A stretch of DNA of 64,000 nucleotides from Eledone cirrhosa (taxonomy: Eukaryota): positions 124,001-188,000 of the forward strand of contig CAXHJY010001477.1 of NCBI GenBank assembly GCA_964016885.1, read 5' to 3'. The translations under genes and the position numbers were made by a program. This document shows positions 1 through 14,570 of this stretch, piece after piece (within the stretch, counting starts at the first letter, position 1; every line of letters starts with the position of its first letter). The notes beneath the pieces are model-generated. The model worked only from the letters and a program-made list of their open reading frames with translations, searched no databases and was not told the origin of the DNA.

Positions 1-3000
1 AACCCTGCCATTACTGCTACTACTACTACTACAACTACTACTGTCCTTCTAGCCCTTACCAGCCCCAACAAACTCTGCCATTACTACTACTGTCCTTCTA
101 GCCCTTACCATCCCCAACAAACTCTGCCATTACTACTACTGTCCTTCTAACCCTTACCATCCCCAACAAACTCTGCCATTACTACTACTGTCCTTCTAGC
201 CCTTACCATCCCCAACAAACTCTGCCATTACTACTACTGTCCTTCTAACCCTTACCAGCCCCAACAAACTCTGCCATTACTACTACTGTCCTTCTAGCCC
301 TTACCAACCCCAACAAACTCTGCCATTACTACTACTGTCCTTCTAGCCCTTACCAGCCCCAACAACCTCTGCTATTACTACTACTGTCCTTCTAGACCTT
401 ACCAGCCCCAACAAACTCTGCCATTACTACTACTGTCCTTCTAGCCCTTACCAGCCCCAACAAACTCTGCCATTACTACTACTGTCCTTCTAGCCCTTAC
501 CAGCCCCAACAAACTCTGCCATTACTACTACTGTCCTTCTAACCCTTACCAGCCCCAACAAACACTGCCATTACTACTACTGTCCTTCTAGCCCTTACCA
601 ACCCCAAAAAACTCTGCCATTACTACTACTGTCCTTCTAGCCCTTACCAGCCCCAAAAAACACTGCCATTACTACTACTCTCCTTCTAGCCGTTACCAGC
701 CCCAACAAACTCTGCCATTACTACTACTGTCCTTCTAGCCCTTACCAGCCCCAAAAAACACTGCCATTACTACTACTCTCCTTCTAGCCCTTACCAGCCC
801 CAACAAACACTGCCATTACTACTACTCTCCTTCTAGCCCTTACCAGCCCCAACAAACACTGCCATTACTACTACTCTCCTTCTAGCCCTTACCAGCCCCA
901 AAAAACACTGCCATTACTACTACTCTCCTTCTAGCCCTTACCAGCCCCAACAAACACTGCCATTACTACTACAGTCCTTCTAGCCCTTACCAGCCCCAAC
1001 AAACTCTGCCATTACTACTACTGTCCTTCTAGCCCTTACCAGCCCCAAAAAACACTGCCATTACTACTACTCTCCTTCTAGCCCTTACCAGCCCCAACAA
1101 ACACTGCCATTACTACTACAGTCCTTCTAGCCCTTACCAGCCCCAACAAACACTGCCATTACTACTACAGTCCTTCTAGCCCTTACCAGCCCCAACAAAC
1201 TCTGCCATTACTACTACAGTCCTTCTAGCCCTTACCAGCCCCAACAAACACTGCCATTACTACTACAGTCCTTCTAGCCCTTACCAGCCCCAACAAACTC
1301 TGCCATTACTACTACTCTCCTTCTAGCCCTTACCAGCCCCAACAAACTCTGCCATTACTACTACTGTCCTTCTAGACCTTACCAACCCCAAAAACACTGC
1401 CATTACTACTACTGTCCTTCTAGTCCTTACCAGCCCCAACTAACTCTGCCATTACTACTACTGTCCTTCTAGCCCTTACCAACCCCAACAAACTCTGCCA
1501 TTACTACTACTCTCCTTCTAGCCCTTACCATCCCCAACAAACTCTGCCATTACTACTACTGTCCTTCTAGCCCTTACCAGCCCCAACAAACTCTGCCATT
1601 ACTACTACTCACCTTCTAGCCCTTACCAACCCCCCAAAACACTGCCATTACTACTACTGTCCTTCTAGCCCTTACTAGCCCCAACAAACCCTGCCATTAC
1701 TACTACTACCACTACTGCCCTTCTAGCCCTTACCAGCCCCAACAAACTCTGCCATTACTACTGCTGTTCTTCTAGCCCTTACCAGCCCCAACAAACTCTG
1801 CCATTACTACTACTCTCCTTCTAGCCCTTACCAGCCCCAACAAACACTGCCATTACTACTACTGTCCTTCTAGCCCTTACCAGCCCCAACAAACTCTGCC
1901 ATTACTACTGCTGTTCTTCTAGCCCTTACCAGCCCCAACAAACTCTGCCATTACTACTACTCTCCTTCTAGCCCTTACCAGCCCCAACAAACACTGCCAT
2001 TACTACTACTGTCCTTCTAGCCCTTACCAGTCCCAACAAACTCTGCCATTACTACTACTGTCCTTCTAGCCCTTACCATCCCCAACAAACTCTGCCATTA
2101 CTACTACTCTCCTTCTAGCCCTTACCAGCCCCAACAAACTCCTCCATTACTACTACTCTCCTTCTAGCCCTTACCAGCCCCCAACAAACACTGCCATTAC
2201 TACTACTGTCCTTCTAGCCCTTACCAGCCCCAACAAACTCTGCCATTGCTACTACTGCCCTCCTAGCCCTTACCAACCCCAACAAACACTGCCATTACTA
2301 CTACAGTCCTTCTAGCCTTACCAACCCCAACAAACTCTGCCATTACTACTACTGTCCTTCTAGCCTTACCAACCCCAACAAACACTGACATTACTACTAC
2401 TGTCCTTCTAGCCTTACCAGCCCCAACAAACTCTGACATTGCTACTACTGTCCTTCTAGCCCTTACCAGCCCCAACAAACTCTGACATTACTACTACTGT
2501 CCTTCTAGCCCTTACCAGCCCCAACAAACTCTGCCATTGCTACTACTGTCCTTCTAGCCCTTACCAGCCCCAACAAACTCTGCCATTACTACTACTGTCC
2601 TTCTAGCCCTTACCAGCCCCAACAAACTCTGCCATTACTACTACTCTCCTTCTAGCCCTTACCATCCCCAACAAACTCTGCCATTACTACTACTCTCCTT
2701 CTAACCCTTACCAGCCCCAACAAACTCTGCCATTACTACTACTCTCCTTCTAGCCCTTACCAGCCCCAACAAACTCTGCCATTGCTACTACTGCCCTCCT
2801 AGCCCTTACTAGCCCCAACAAACACTGCCATTACTACTACTCTCCTTCTAGCCCTTACCAGCCCCAACAAACTCTGCCATTGCTACTACTGCCCTCCTAG
2901 CCCTTACTAGCCCCAACAAACACTGCCATTACTACTACTGTCCTTCTAGCCCTTACCAACCCAAACAAACTCTGCCATTACTACTACTGCCCTTCTATCT

Positions 3001-6000
3001 CTTACCAACCCCAACAAACTCTGCCATTACTACTACTGTCCTTCTAGCCTTACCAGCCCCAACAAACTCTGCCATTACTACTACTCTTCTTCTAGCCTTA
3101 CCAGCCGCAACAAACTCTGCCATTACTACTACTGTCCTTCTAGCCTTTACCAACCACAACAAACACTGACATTACTACTACTGCCCTTCTAGCCCTTACC
3201 AGCCCCAACAAACTCTGTCATTACTACTACTGTCCTTCTAGCCCTTACCAGCCCTAACAAACTCTGCCATTACTACTACTCTCCTTCTAGACCTTACCAG
3301 CTCCAACAACCTCTGCCATTACTACTACTGTCCTTCTAGCCCTTACCAGCCCCAACAAACTCTGCCATTGCTACTACTGTCCTTCTAGCCCTTACCAGCC
3401 CCAACAAACACTGACATTACAACTACTGTACTTCTAGCCCTTACCAGCCCCAACAAACTCTGACATTACTACTACTGTCCTTCTAGCCCTTACCAGCCCC
3501 AACAAACTCTGCCATTGCTACTACTGTCCTTCTAGCCCTTACCAGCCCCAACAAACTCTGCCATTACTACTACTCTTCTTCTAGCCTTACCAGCCGCAAC
3601 AAACTCTGCCATTACTACTACTGTCCTTCTAGCCCTTACCAACCCCAACAAACTCTTTCATTACTACTACTGTCCTTCTAGCCCTTACCAGCCCCAACAA
3701 ACACTGCCATTGCTACTACTGTCCTTCTAGACCTTACTATCCCCAACAAACTCTGCCATTATTACTACTGTCCTTCTAAGCCTAACAACCCCAACAAACT
3801 CTGCCATTACTACTACTGTCCTTCTAGCCTTTACCATCCCCAACAAACACTGACATTACTACTACTGCCCTTCTAGCCCTTACCAGCCCCAACAAACTCT
3901 GTCATTACTACTACTGTCCTTGTAGCCCTTACCAGCCCCAACAAACTCTGCCATTACTACTACTCTCCTTCTAGACCTTACCAGCCCCAACAACCTCTGC
4001 CATTACTACTACTGTCCTTCTAGCCCTTACCAACCCCAACAAACTCTGCCATTACTACTACTCTCCTTCTAGCCCTTACCAACCCCAAAAAACACTGCCA
4101 TTACTACTACTGTCCTTCTAGCCCTTACCAGCCCCAACAAACTCTGCCATTACTACTACTGTCCTTCTAGCCCTTACCAGCCCCAACAAACTCTGCCATT
4201 ACTACTACCGTCCTTCTAGCCCTTACCAACCCCCCAAAACACTGCCATTACTACTACTCTCCTTCTAGCCCTTACCAACCCCAACAAACTCTGCCATTAC
4301 TACTACTGTCCTTCTAGCCCTTACTAGCCCCAACAAACCCTGCCATTACTACTACTACCACTACTGTCCTTCTAGCCCTTACTAGCCCCAACAAACCCTG
4401 CCATTACTACTACTACCACTACTGTCCTTCTAGCCCTTACCATCCCCAACAAACTCTGCCATTACTACTACTGTCCTTCTAACCCTTACCATCCCAAACA
4501 AACTCTGCCATTACTACTGTCCTTCTAAACCTTACCAGCCCCAACAAACTCTGCCATTACTACTACTGTCCTTCTAGCCCTTACCAGCCCCAACAAACTC
4601 TGCCATTACTACTACTCTCCTTCTAGCCCTTACCAGCCCCAACAAACACTGCCATTACTACTACAGTCCTTCTAGCCCTTACCAACCCCAAAAAACTCTG
4701 CCATTACTACTACTGTCCTTCTAGCCCTTACCAACCCCCAAAAACTCTGCCATTACTACTACTGTCCTTCTAGCCCTTACTAGCCCCAATAAACTCTGCC
4801 ATTACTACTACTGTCCTTCTAGCCCTTACCAGCCCCAACAAGCTCTGCCATTACTACTACTGTCCTTCTAGCCCTTACCATCCCCAACAAACTCTGCCAT
4901 TACTACTACTGTCCTTCTAGCCCTTACCAGCCCCAACAAACACTGACATTACTACTACTGTCCTTCTAGCCCTTACCATCCCCAACAAACTGCCATTACT
5001 ACTACTGTCCTTCTAGCCCTTACCAACCCCAAAAAACACTGACATTACTACTACTGGCCTTCTAGCCCTTACTAGTCACCAACAAACTTTGCCATTACTA
5101 CTACTGTCCTTCTAGCCCTTACTAGCCCCAACAAACTCTGCCATTACTACTACTGTCCTTCTAGCCCTTACCAACCACAACAAACTCTACCATTACTACT
5201 ACTGTCCTTCTAGCCATTACCATCCCAACAAACTGTGCCATTACTACTACTGCCCTTCGAGCCCTTACCAGCCCCAACAAACTGCCATTACTACTACTGT
5301 CCTTCTAGCCCTTACCAACCCCAAAAAACACTGCCATTACTACTACACTCCTTCTAGCCGTTACCAGCCCCAAACAAACTCTGCCATTACTACTACTGTC
5401 CTTCTAGCCCTTACCAGCCCCAACAAACTCTGCCATTATTACTACTGTCCTTCTAAGCCTAACAACCCCAACAAACTCTGCCATTACTACTACTGTCCTT
5501 CTAGCCTTTACCATCCCCAACAAACACTGACATTACTACTACTGCCCTTCTAGCCCTTACCAGCCCCAACAAACTCTGTCATTACTACTACTGTCCTTCT
5601 AGCCCTTACCAGCCCCAACAAACTCTGCCATTACTACTACTCTCCTTCTAGACCTTACCAGCCCCAACAACCTCTGCCATTACTACTACTGTCCTTCTAG
5701 CCCTTACCAACCCCAACAAACTCTGCCATTACTACTACTCTCCTTCTAGCCCTTATCAACCCCAAAAAACACTGCCATTACTACTACTGTCCTTCTAGCC
5801 CTTACCAGCCCCAACAAACTCTGCCATTACTACTACTGTCCTTCTAGCCCTTACCAGCCCCAACAAACTCTGCCATTACTACTACCGTCCTTCTAGCCCT
5901 TACCAACCCCCCAAAACACTGCCATTACTACTACTCTCCTTCTAGCCCTTACCAACCCCAACAAACTCTGCCATTACTACTACTGTCCTTCTAGCCCTTA

Positions 6001-9000
6001 CTAGCCCCAACAAACCCTGCCATTACTACTACTACCACTACTGTCCTTCTAGCCCTTACTAGCCCCAACAAACCCTGCCATTACTACTACTACCACTACT
6101 GTCCTTCTAGCCCTTACCATCCCCAACAAACTCTGCCATTACTACTACTGTCCTTCTAACCCTTACCATCCCAAACAAACTCTGCCATTACTACTGTCCT
6201 TCTAAACCTTACCAGCCCCAACAAACTCTGCCATTACTACTACTGTCCTTCTAGCCCTTACCAGCCCCAACAAACTCTGCCATTACTACTACTCTCCTTC
6301 TAGCCCTTACCAGCCCCAACAAACACTGCCATTACTACTACAGTCCTTCTAGCCCTTACCAACCCCAAAAAACTCTGCCATTACTACTACTGTCCTTCTA
6401 GCCCTTACCAACCCCCAAAAACTCTGCCATTACTACTACTGTCCTTCTAGCCCTTACTAGCCCCAATAAACTCTGCCATTACTACTACTGTCCTTCTAGC
6501 CCTTACCAGCCCCAACAAGCTCTGCCATTACTACTACTGTCCTTCTAGCCCTTACCATCCCCAACAAACTCTGCCATTACTACTACTGTCCTTCTAGCCC
6601 TTACCAGCCCCAACAAACACTGACATTACTACTACTGTCCTTCTAGCCCTTACCATCCCCAACAAACTGCCATTACTACTACTGTCCTTCTAGCCCTTAC
6701 CAACCCCAAAAAACACTGACATTACTACTACTGGCCTTCTAGCCCTTACTAGTCACCAACAAACTTTGCCATTACTACTACTGTCCTTCTAGCCCTTACT
6801 AGCCCCAACAAACTCTGCCATTACTACTACTGTCCTTCTAGCCCTTACCAACCACAACAAACTCTACCATTACTACTACTGTCCTTCTAGCCATTACCAT
6901 CCCAACAAACTGTGCCATTACTACTACTGCCCTTCGAGCCCTTACCAGCCCCAACAAACTGCCATTACTACTACTGTCCTTCTAGCCCTTACCAACCCCA
7001 AAAAACACTGCCATTACTACTACTCTCCTTCTAGCCGTTACCAGCCCCAAACAAACTCTGCCATTACTACTACTGTCCTTCTAGCCCTTACCAACCCCAA
7101 AAAACACTGACATTACTACTACTCTCCTTCTAGCCCTTACCAGCCCCAACAAGCTCTGCCATTACTACTACTCTCCTTCTAGCCCTTACCAGCCCCAACA
7201 AACTCTGCCATTACTACAACTCTCCTTCTAGCCCTTACCAGCCTCAACAAACTCTGCCATTACTACTACTCTCCTTCTAGCCCTTACCAGCCCCAACAAG
7301 CTCTGCCATTACTACTACTCTCCTTCTAGCCCTTACCAGCCCCAACAAACTCTGCCATTACTACTACTGTCCATCTAGCCCTTACCAACCCCAACAAACT
7401 CTGCCATTACTACTACTGTCCTTCTAGCCCTTACCAACCCCAAAAAACACTGACATTACTACTACTCTCCTTCTAGCCCTTACCAACCCCAACAAACTCT
7501 GCCATTACTACTACTGTCCTTCTAGCCCTTACCAGCCCCAACAAACTCTGCCATTACTACTACTGTCCTTCTAGCCCTTACCGACCCCAACAAACACTGA
7601 CATTACTACTACTCTCCTTCTAGCCCTTACCAGCCCCAACAAACACTGACATTACTACTACTGTCCTTCTAGCCCTTACCATCCCCAACAAACTCTGCCA
7701 TTGCTACTACTGTCCTTCTAGCCCTTACCATCCCCAACAAACACTGACATTGCTGCTACTGTGCTTCTAGCCCTTACCAGCCCCAACAAACTCTGCCATT
7801 ACTACTACTCTCCTTCTAGCCCTTACCAGCCCCAACAAACACTGACATTACTACTACTCTCCTTCTAGCCCTTACCAGCCCCAACAAACACTGACATTAC
7901 TACTACTCTCCTTCTAGCCCTTACCAACCCCAAAAAACACTGACATTACTACTACTCTCCTTCTAGCCCTTACCAACCCCAACAAACTCTGCCATTACTA
8001 CTACTGTCCTTCTAGCCCTTACCAGCCCCAACAAACTCTGCCATTACTACTACTGTCCTTCTAGCCCTTACCGACCCCAACAAACACTGACATTACTACT
8101 ACTCTCCTTCTAGCCCTTACCAGCCCCAACAAACACTGACATTACTACTACTGTCCTTCTAGCCCTTACCATCCCCAACAAACTCTGCCATTGCTACTAC
8201 TGTCCTTCTAGCCCTTACCATCCCCAACAAACACTGACATTGCTACTACTATGCTTCTAGCCCTTACCAGCCCCAACAAGCTCTGCCATTACTACTACTC
8301 TCCTTCTAGCCCTTACCAGCCCCAACAAACTCTGCCATTACTACTACTGTCCTTCTACCCCTTACCAGCCACAACAAACTCTGCCATTACTTCAAGTCTC
8401 CTTCTAGCCCTTACCAACCCCAATAAACACTGCCATTTCTACTACTGTCCTTCTAGCCCTTACCATCCCCAACAAACTCTGCCATTACTACTACTGTCCT
8501 TCTAGCCCTTACCAGCCCCAACAAACTCTGCCATTACTACTACTCTCCTTCTAGCCCTTACCAGCCACAACAAACTCTGCCATTACTTCAAGTCTCCTTC
8601 TAGCCCTTACCAGCCCCAACAAACACTGCCATTACTACTACTCTCCTTCTAGCCCTTACCAGCCCCAACAAACTCTGCCATTACTACTACTGTCCTTCTA
8701 GCCCTTAACAACCCCAACAAACACTGACATTGCTACTACTGTCCTTCTAGCCCTTACCAGCCCCAACAAAATCTGTCATTACTACTACTGTCCTTCTAGC
8801 CCTTACCAGCCCCAACAAACACTGACATTACTACTACTCTCCTTCTAGCCCTTAACAACCCCAACAAACACTGACATTGCTACTACTGTCCTTCTAGCCC
8901 TTACCAGCCCCAACAAACACTGACATTACTACTACTCTCCTTCTAGCCCTTACCAGCCCCAACAAACTCTGCCATTACTACTACTGTCCTTCGAGCCCTT

Positions 9001-9440
9001 ACCAATCCCAACAAACACTGCCATTGCTACTACTGTCCTTCTAGCCCTTACCAGTCCCAACAAACTCTGCCATTACTACTACTGTCCTTCTAGCCCTTAC
9101 CAGTCCCAACAAACTCTGCCATTACTACTACTGTCCTTCTAGCCCTTACCAGCCCCAACAAACTCTGCCATTACTACTACTGTCCTTCTAGCCCTTACCA
9201 GCCCCAACAAACTCTGCCATTACTACTACTGTCCTTCTAGCCCTTACCAACCCCAACAAACTCTGCCATTACTACTACTGTCCTTCTAGCCCTTACCAAC
9301 CCCAACAAACTCTGCCATTACTACTACTGTCCTTCTAGCCCTTACCAGTCCCAACAAACTCTGCCATTTCTACTACTGTCCTTCTAGCCCTTACCAACCC
9401 CAACAAACACTGACATTACTACTACTGCCCTTCTCGCCCT
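1..9440. repeat. 49-bp minisatellite, ~190 copies, runs off the window start
   Basis: Unit CCCCAACAAACTCTGCCATTACTACTACTGTCCTTCTAGCCCTTACCAG; CCCC starts at 63 and 112 give a 49-bp period; ends at ...ctgcccttctcgccct. Confidence 0.98.
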
Positions 9441-9599
9441 GCACTAAAGTATTCTTGTTTACCGTTATGTTTGGATGAGCTGAGGATAAATGGAACAACC
9501 GCGAATAAATAAATGAATATAAATCCACGAGTTACCTAGCGTCCTTTCAAAGCTTTACTTCAGAGACAGGAAGGATACACACTCCCCCACAAAAATTCC

Positions 9600-12500
9600 A
9601 CCTCTCCCATGAGTGATGGCAAATGCCTAAAACTCTGAGTTTGAACTATCAACGTAAGCACAATGAAAGTAGGAGCAGGAGAAAACGTAGAGATGTTAGA
9701 GTGAAATGAAATTGATGTATGTTGTGTGCAAGAAACTAGATGGAGAGGCGAGTCCGCTAGAGTGCTTGTAGCCAAAAATCAGTGCTATGAATTTTTCTGG
9801 GTGGGAAATTACGAGATGGGTGGTGTAGGTATACTATTAGTTGACAAATGGGTAGATAAGGTAATCTCAGTAAACAGGGTGAACGCAAGAATCATTAAAC
9901 TCAGACTAGTCCTGAATAAAAACAATTGCTACAATCATATCAGCTTATGCACCCCAATCTCTGTTGCCAGACGAACTTAAGGATAGGTTTTGCGAGTCCC
10001 TAATGCACTCTACTGTCCTAACAAACAACAGTGACTTCCTAATCATTGCAGGGGACTTTAACAGACACGTTGGTAAACACGATGACAGCTTCTATAGAGT
10101 CCATGGAGGCCATGGAGTTGGCACAAGAAATGAAGAAGGCTTCAGGCATCTAGAGCTCTGTAATGCCAATGACATGTCGATATGTAACACAAACTTCAGA
10201 AAACCTGACAACCATCTGATCACCTATAGATCAGGGGAGCATTCTAGTCAGATAGATTTTATCCTCATCAGAGGACGTGACAGATGGTTGGTTGTAAACA
10301 CAAAAGCCTTCCCTGGTGAGGAATGTACCTCCCAACATAACTTAGTTGTCAGCGACCTCATTGTCAGAACTAGACAAACCTGGAAATAGAAGGCAACCCG
10401 GAGAAGAAAGATCTGGAAGCTGAAAGACCCCTCAGCCAGGAACAGATTTAAAGATATCCTACTCGACGCCTATGACAGTAAGGAAGAAGAGATAGAGACA
10501 TTCAATGTAGAAGAGCACTGGGAGTTCCTAAAAAATAACTTACTAAAGGCGACGGACGAGATCTGTAGTAGGAGCAAGACCACGGGGAGGAGGAGAGTGA
10601 CTTGGTGGTGGAACAATAAGATAGATGAGGCAGTTAAGGCCAAGAGACAGGCATGGAAAGAATGGAGGAACGGGGGAAACAGGGTACATTACATAGAGAC
10701 CAGGAGGGAAGCTAGGCGACAAGTATACTTAGCTAGGACGGAAGCAGAGGATAGAAAATTCAAGCATGTTTTGCAACGTGAGGACCAGAAACAGGAGATG
10801 TTCAGAAGGTAACCAGTTCATCAGGTATAGCTGCTGAGATGCTGAAGGCATCTGGGTCTGTAGGTCACACTATAACCACACGTATTGTTAACCAGGTAAT
10901 ACTAGAAGGTGTCATACCAAAGGATTGGTGCAGCAATATCATTGTCAACTGCTACAAGGTTAAAGGTGATGCACTAGATAGAGCAAACTATAGAGGTATA
11001 AAGCTGATGGACCAGGTCATGAAAGTAACAGAAAGAGTTATAGCACAGTTGATTAGGGACCGGGTGAAACTAGGTGAGATGCAATTTGGGTTTGTACCAG
11101 GAAGAGGCACCACTGATGCCCTCTTCCTTGTGAGGCAGTTACAAGAAAAGTACCTAGCTAAAAGTAAGCCACTCTATCTGGCATTCGTCGACCTCGAGAA
11201 AGCCTTTGACAGTTCCATATGCTATAATCTGGTGGGCTCTTACAAAACTAGGAGTAGATGAATGGCTTGTGAAAGCTGTACAAGTCATGTATAGGGGAGC
11301 AGTCAGCAAAGTTAGGGTTAACAATCACTATAGCGAGGAATTTAGCATACAGGTCGGTGTTCACCAGGGCTCTGTTCTTAGCCCTCTCCTGTTTATTATA
11401 GTATTGTAGGCAATAACAGAGCAGTTTAAGACCGGATGCCCATGGGAACTCCTGTATGCTGATGACCTCACACTCATAGCTGAATCTATGGAGGAACTAG
11501 AGAAGAAATTCCAAACATGGAAGCAGGGACTAGAAAGAAAGAGACTTAAAGTCAACCCGACAAAGACTAAGGTCCTTGTAAGTAGAAGAGAAAACAGGTC
11601 ACAGATCCCCTCAGGGAAATGGCCTTGCTCAGTATGTAAGAAAGGTGTAGGTAGGAACTCCATTCTCTGCCCCAAATACAAACTATGGGTACACAAGAGA
11701 TATAGTGGGATCTCAGGAAGCTTAATTAAGAATGTAGGCTTCACATGTAGCAGCTGTGCTAGGACAGCAAGCAGCAAACAGCCACAGGAAAGAAGCGCCT
11801 CTAAACTTTGTGAGGGCTCTGTAGAAACAGTAGACAGCTTCTGCTACCTAGGTGACCGAATTAGCAGCGGAGGTGGGTGTTCGTAAAGTACAATAACTAG
11901 GGTAAGAATGGGATGGAAGAAGTTCAGGGAGCTACTGCCACTGCTAGCTGCAAAAGGATTTTCCCTCAAAATGAAAGGCAGACTGTACGATGCGTGCAGT
12001 CTCACTACCATGTAACAGCGTAGTGAGACCTGGGCACTGTCTGTAGAAGACTTACGTAGAAACGAAGCCTGCATGCTCCGATGGATGTGTAATAGTAATA
12101 GTAATAGCAGCAAAGCATAAATGAATTGAGAGAGAGACTGAGCACAAGAGGAATCAAATCCTGTATGCAGGAGAAGAGGTTACGTTGGTATGGACACGTG
12201 ATGCGTATGAAGGATGACAGCTGCATAAAAAGGTGCAGAGCACTAGAAGTCGATGGAAACCGCGGAGTGGGGAAACCCAAGAAGACCTGGGATGAGGTGA
12301 TAAAAGCCGACCTTACCCAATTACACCTCTCAAAGGCGATGACACATGACCGTGACCTCTGGCGTCATGCAGTAATACAGAAGACCTGACTTCCCACGGG
12401 TACAAACCGAAGCTAAAGCATATAGACAGTATTCCCCCACCCCTCCCATTGCAAAGTGGTCGTGGAGGTGCCACGGTAAAAAAGCACCCAGCCCACACTG

Positions 12501-12683
12501 TAAAGTGGACGTGTAGGCACCACGGAAAAAAGCACCCAGCACTCACTGTAAAAATCAAGCCAGAATCAGTTCCCGTATGAGCAAGACAAGGTCAGCCGAC
12601 CTGGCACTGCCCACAACAGGACAACCTGTCTAACCTATGCTAGCACGGAAGAATGGACGTAAAACAGTGATGATTATGATGAT
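9600..12683 (+). mobile_element. RTE-clade LINE, near full-length but disrupted (APE endonuclease + RT + PHD-like Cys cluster + 3' UTR)
   Basis: EN motifs VQETRW, AGDFN, SQIDFIL; RT motifs QFGFVPGRGTTDA, FVDLEKAFD, GVHQGSVLSP, YADD (~11455); RLRWYGHVMR; (GAT)n-type tail at 12669-12683; many stops and frameshifts; internal deletion near 10810. Confidence 0.93.
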
Positions 12684-12684
12684 A

Positions 12685-13008
12685 CTAGGACTTTAGACTT
12701 TGCCAAGTTGATTTAGGACCCTTTGTTTCTAGGCCATGATTCTTGGTTTGGAATTTTTTCTCTAACTCTGCTATAGATTCAGCTGAGGATTTCCTTGGGC
12801 AGCCAGCCTTAAACGTTTCTGTTATAGCTTGCAGGATGATAATAAACAGGAGGGGGCTAAGAACTGAGCCGTAATGGATTCCTACTTGCACACTAAATGT
12901 TTCACTATAATTGTTGCTAATTCTAACTTTGCTGACTGTTCCTCTATACATGGCTTGTACAGCTTTCACAAGCTACTCATCTACTCCTAGTTTTATAAGA
13001 GCTCACCT
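12685..13008 (-). mobile_element. RTE RT fragment in opposite orientation
   Basis: Minus-strand translation KAVQAMYRGTVSKVRI...GIHYGSVLSPLLFIIILQAIT matches 11270-11570. Confidence 0.88.
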
Positions 13009-13153
13009 GAGGTTAAGGTAAATGACACTATCCCAAAATTCTTTGCTGTTTGGACCTGGCAACTATTAATTGTGAAACAAAGTTAATGTGACAATCATAG
13101 AAATACCATTAAATGTGGTGAAAATTTCTGATAAATCTCATCATCATAATTTA

Positions 13154-13316
13154 ACATCTGTTGAATGGGTCATTACACATTTATTTCACATCTGTTGGAT
13201 GGGTCATTACACATTTATTTCACATCTGTTGGATGGGTCATTACACATTTATTTCACATATGTTGGATGGGTCATTACACATTTATTTCACATCGGTTGG
13301 ATGGGTCATTACACAT
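13154..13316. repeat. 34-bp tandem repeat, ~5 copies
   Basis: Unit ACATCTGTTGGATGGGTCATTACACATTTATTTC; GGGTCATTAC at 13167 and 13201. Confidence 0.92.
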
Positions 13317-13639
13317 CAATCAATACTTAATCGGAGCCACTGTTCTTCCAGACAGACATGTCCCATATATGTTCAGATTTTGGTATAGCATCTACAGCTA
13401 GATATTCTACTTACCACCAACCAATTTACAGATTAATAAGACTGAAGTGGACTACTGGTAAAATCACTCATTATGTACAACAATATCAGCTTTAATGCAA
13501 GATTTTACATCCAAAATCTTGTCCCTCCCTCATAAAATAAAGTATGCAAGAGAGACAAGTGTGCTGCTATAGACATGTCCTGCATATGGATGATAATTGT
13601 TGGGTGAAGAAGTGCCGGGAATTCCCAGTGCAAGGAAGC

Positions 13640-13938
13640 TACTCTCAGGTCCCAAATAATAAGAGGGGAGTGGAGAATCGATAATTTTTGTAAGTCCCTT
13701 AATTTCTTTTTAAAACCAGAATTACACATTTGAGACCCCAACCCATCTTATTTATCTTATAATGTATAAGATTTCTAGCAATGTTCCTTTTTTATCATGC
13801 ATAACATTTTATCAGAGATAAAGTAGCAAAATTTAATAAGTAGTGCTGAGTTGGAATAATAGGAGCTGGTGGGGAATCTGAAAAATTAATAAACAGTGGG
13901 GGGGGGGGGGGGGGGCGATTATTTGAGACCGGAGAGTA
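13640..13938. mobile_element. MITE with terminal inverted repeats and TA target duplication (Tc1/mariner/pogo-type)
   Basis: Left TA-CTCTCAGGTCCCAAATAAT; right end reverse-complemented TA-CTCTCCGGTCTCAAATAAT (17/19 match); ~295 bp, non-coding. Confidence 0.72.
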
Positions 13939-14039
13939 CAGTAAAGAAAGATCAAATAAAATCTGGGTAGAAGTGAGGGCTGAAAATACTGAATAAATGA
14001 CAAAGGAAGGCAACAAATAATGGAAAACTATACTGCAGA

Positions 14040-14563
14040 AGATCCATCTAACCCATGCTAGCGTGGAAAAATGGTAATGATGATAATGAAATATATATCA
14101 TCATCATCACCATTTTATGTCCATTCTTCCATGGGTTGGATGACCAGTTTACGGTGTCACAACAAAAAGCACCTAGTACACACTGTAAATGAGGTTGGCA
14201 TTAGGAAGGGTATCCAGCTGTAGAAACCAAGCCAAAATCAGTTCTGGATGAGCTAGATATGGTCACCTGACCTGGCATTGCCCACAACAGGACAACTCAT
14301 CTAACCCATGCTAGCGTAGAAAATGGCCATAAACATCCAGCCCACACTGTAAAGTGGTCGTGTAGGTGTCCTGACAAAAAGCACCCAGCACACACTGTAA
14401 ATGTGGTTGGCATTAGGAAGGGCATCCAACAGTTGAAACCAGGCCAGAAACAGTCCTATATGACCGAGACACGGTCACCTGACCCAACTTGCTTCTAAAT
14501 GGGACAACTCCCGTCTAACCCATGCTAGTGTGGAAGATGGACGTTAAACGATGATGATGATGA
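14040..14563 (+). mobile_element. Cluster of RTE 3'-UTR fragments / RTE-partner SINE-like copies
   Basis: Repeated AAAAAGCACCCAGCACACACTGTAAA...GTCTAACCCATGCTAGCGTGGAA motif, homologous to 12470-12683; ends GACGTTAAACGATGATGATGAT; short inverted piece at ~14098-14142. Confidence 0.82.
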
Positions 14564-14570
14564 TATATAT

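Noticed and set aside
1-9440. Extensin-like YYYSPSSPY coding repeat (ORFs at 2263 and 8251)
   Set aside because: The 49-bp unit is not a multiple of 3 and hits TAG every third unit; there is no exon support.
13400-13741. Possible final PDZD8 exon (gtaagt donor at ~13409-13414; ORF 13505-13741)
   Set aside because: All frames near the donor contain stops, the ORF overlaps a MITE, and no coiled-coil continuation (like KLQxEID) is visible.
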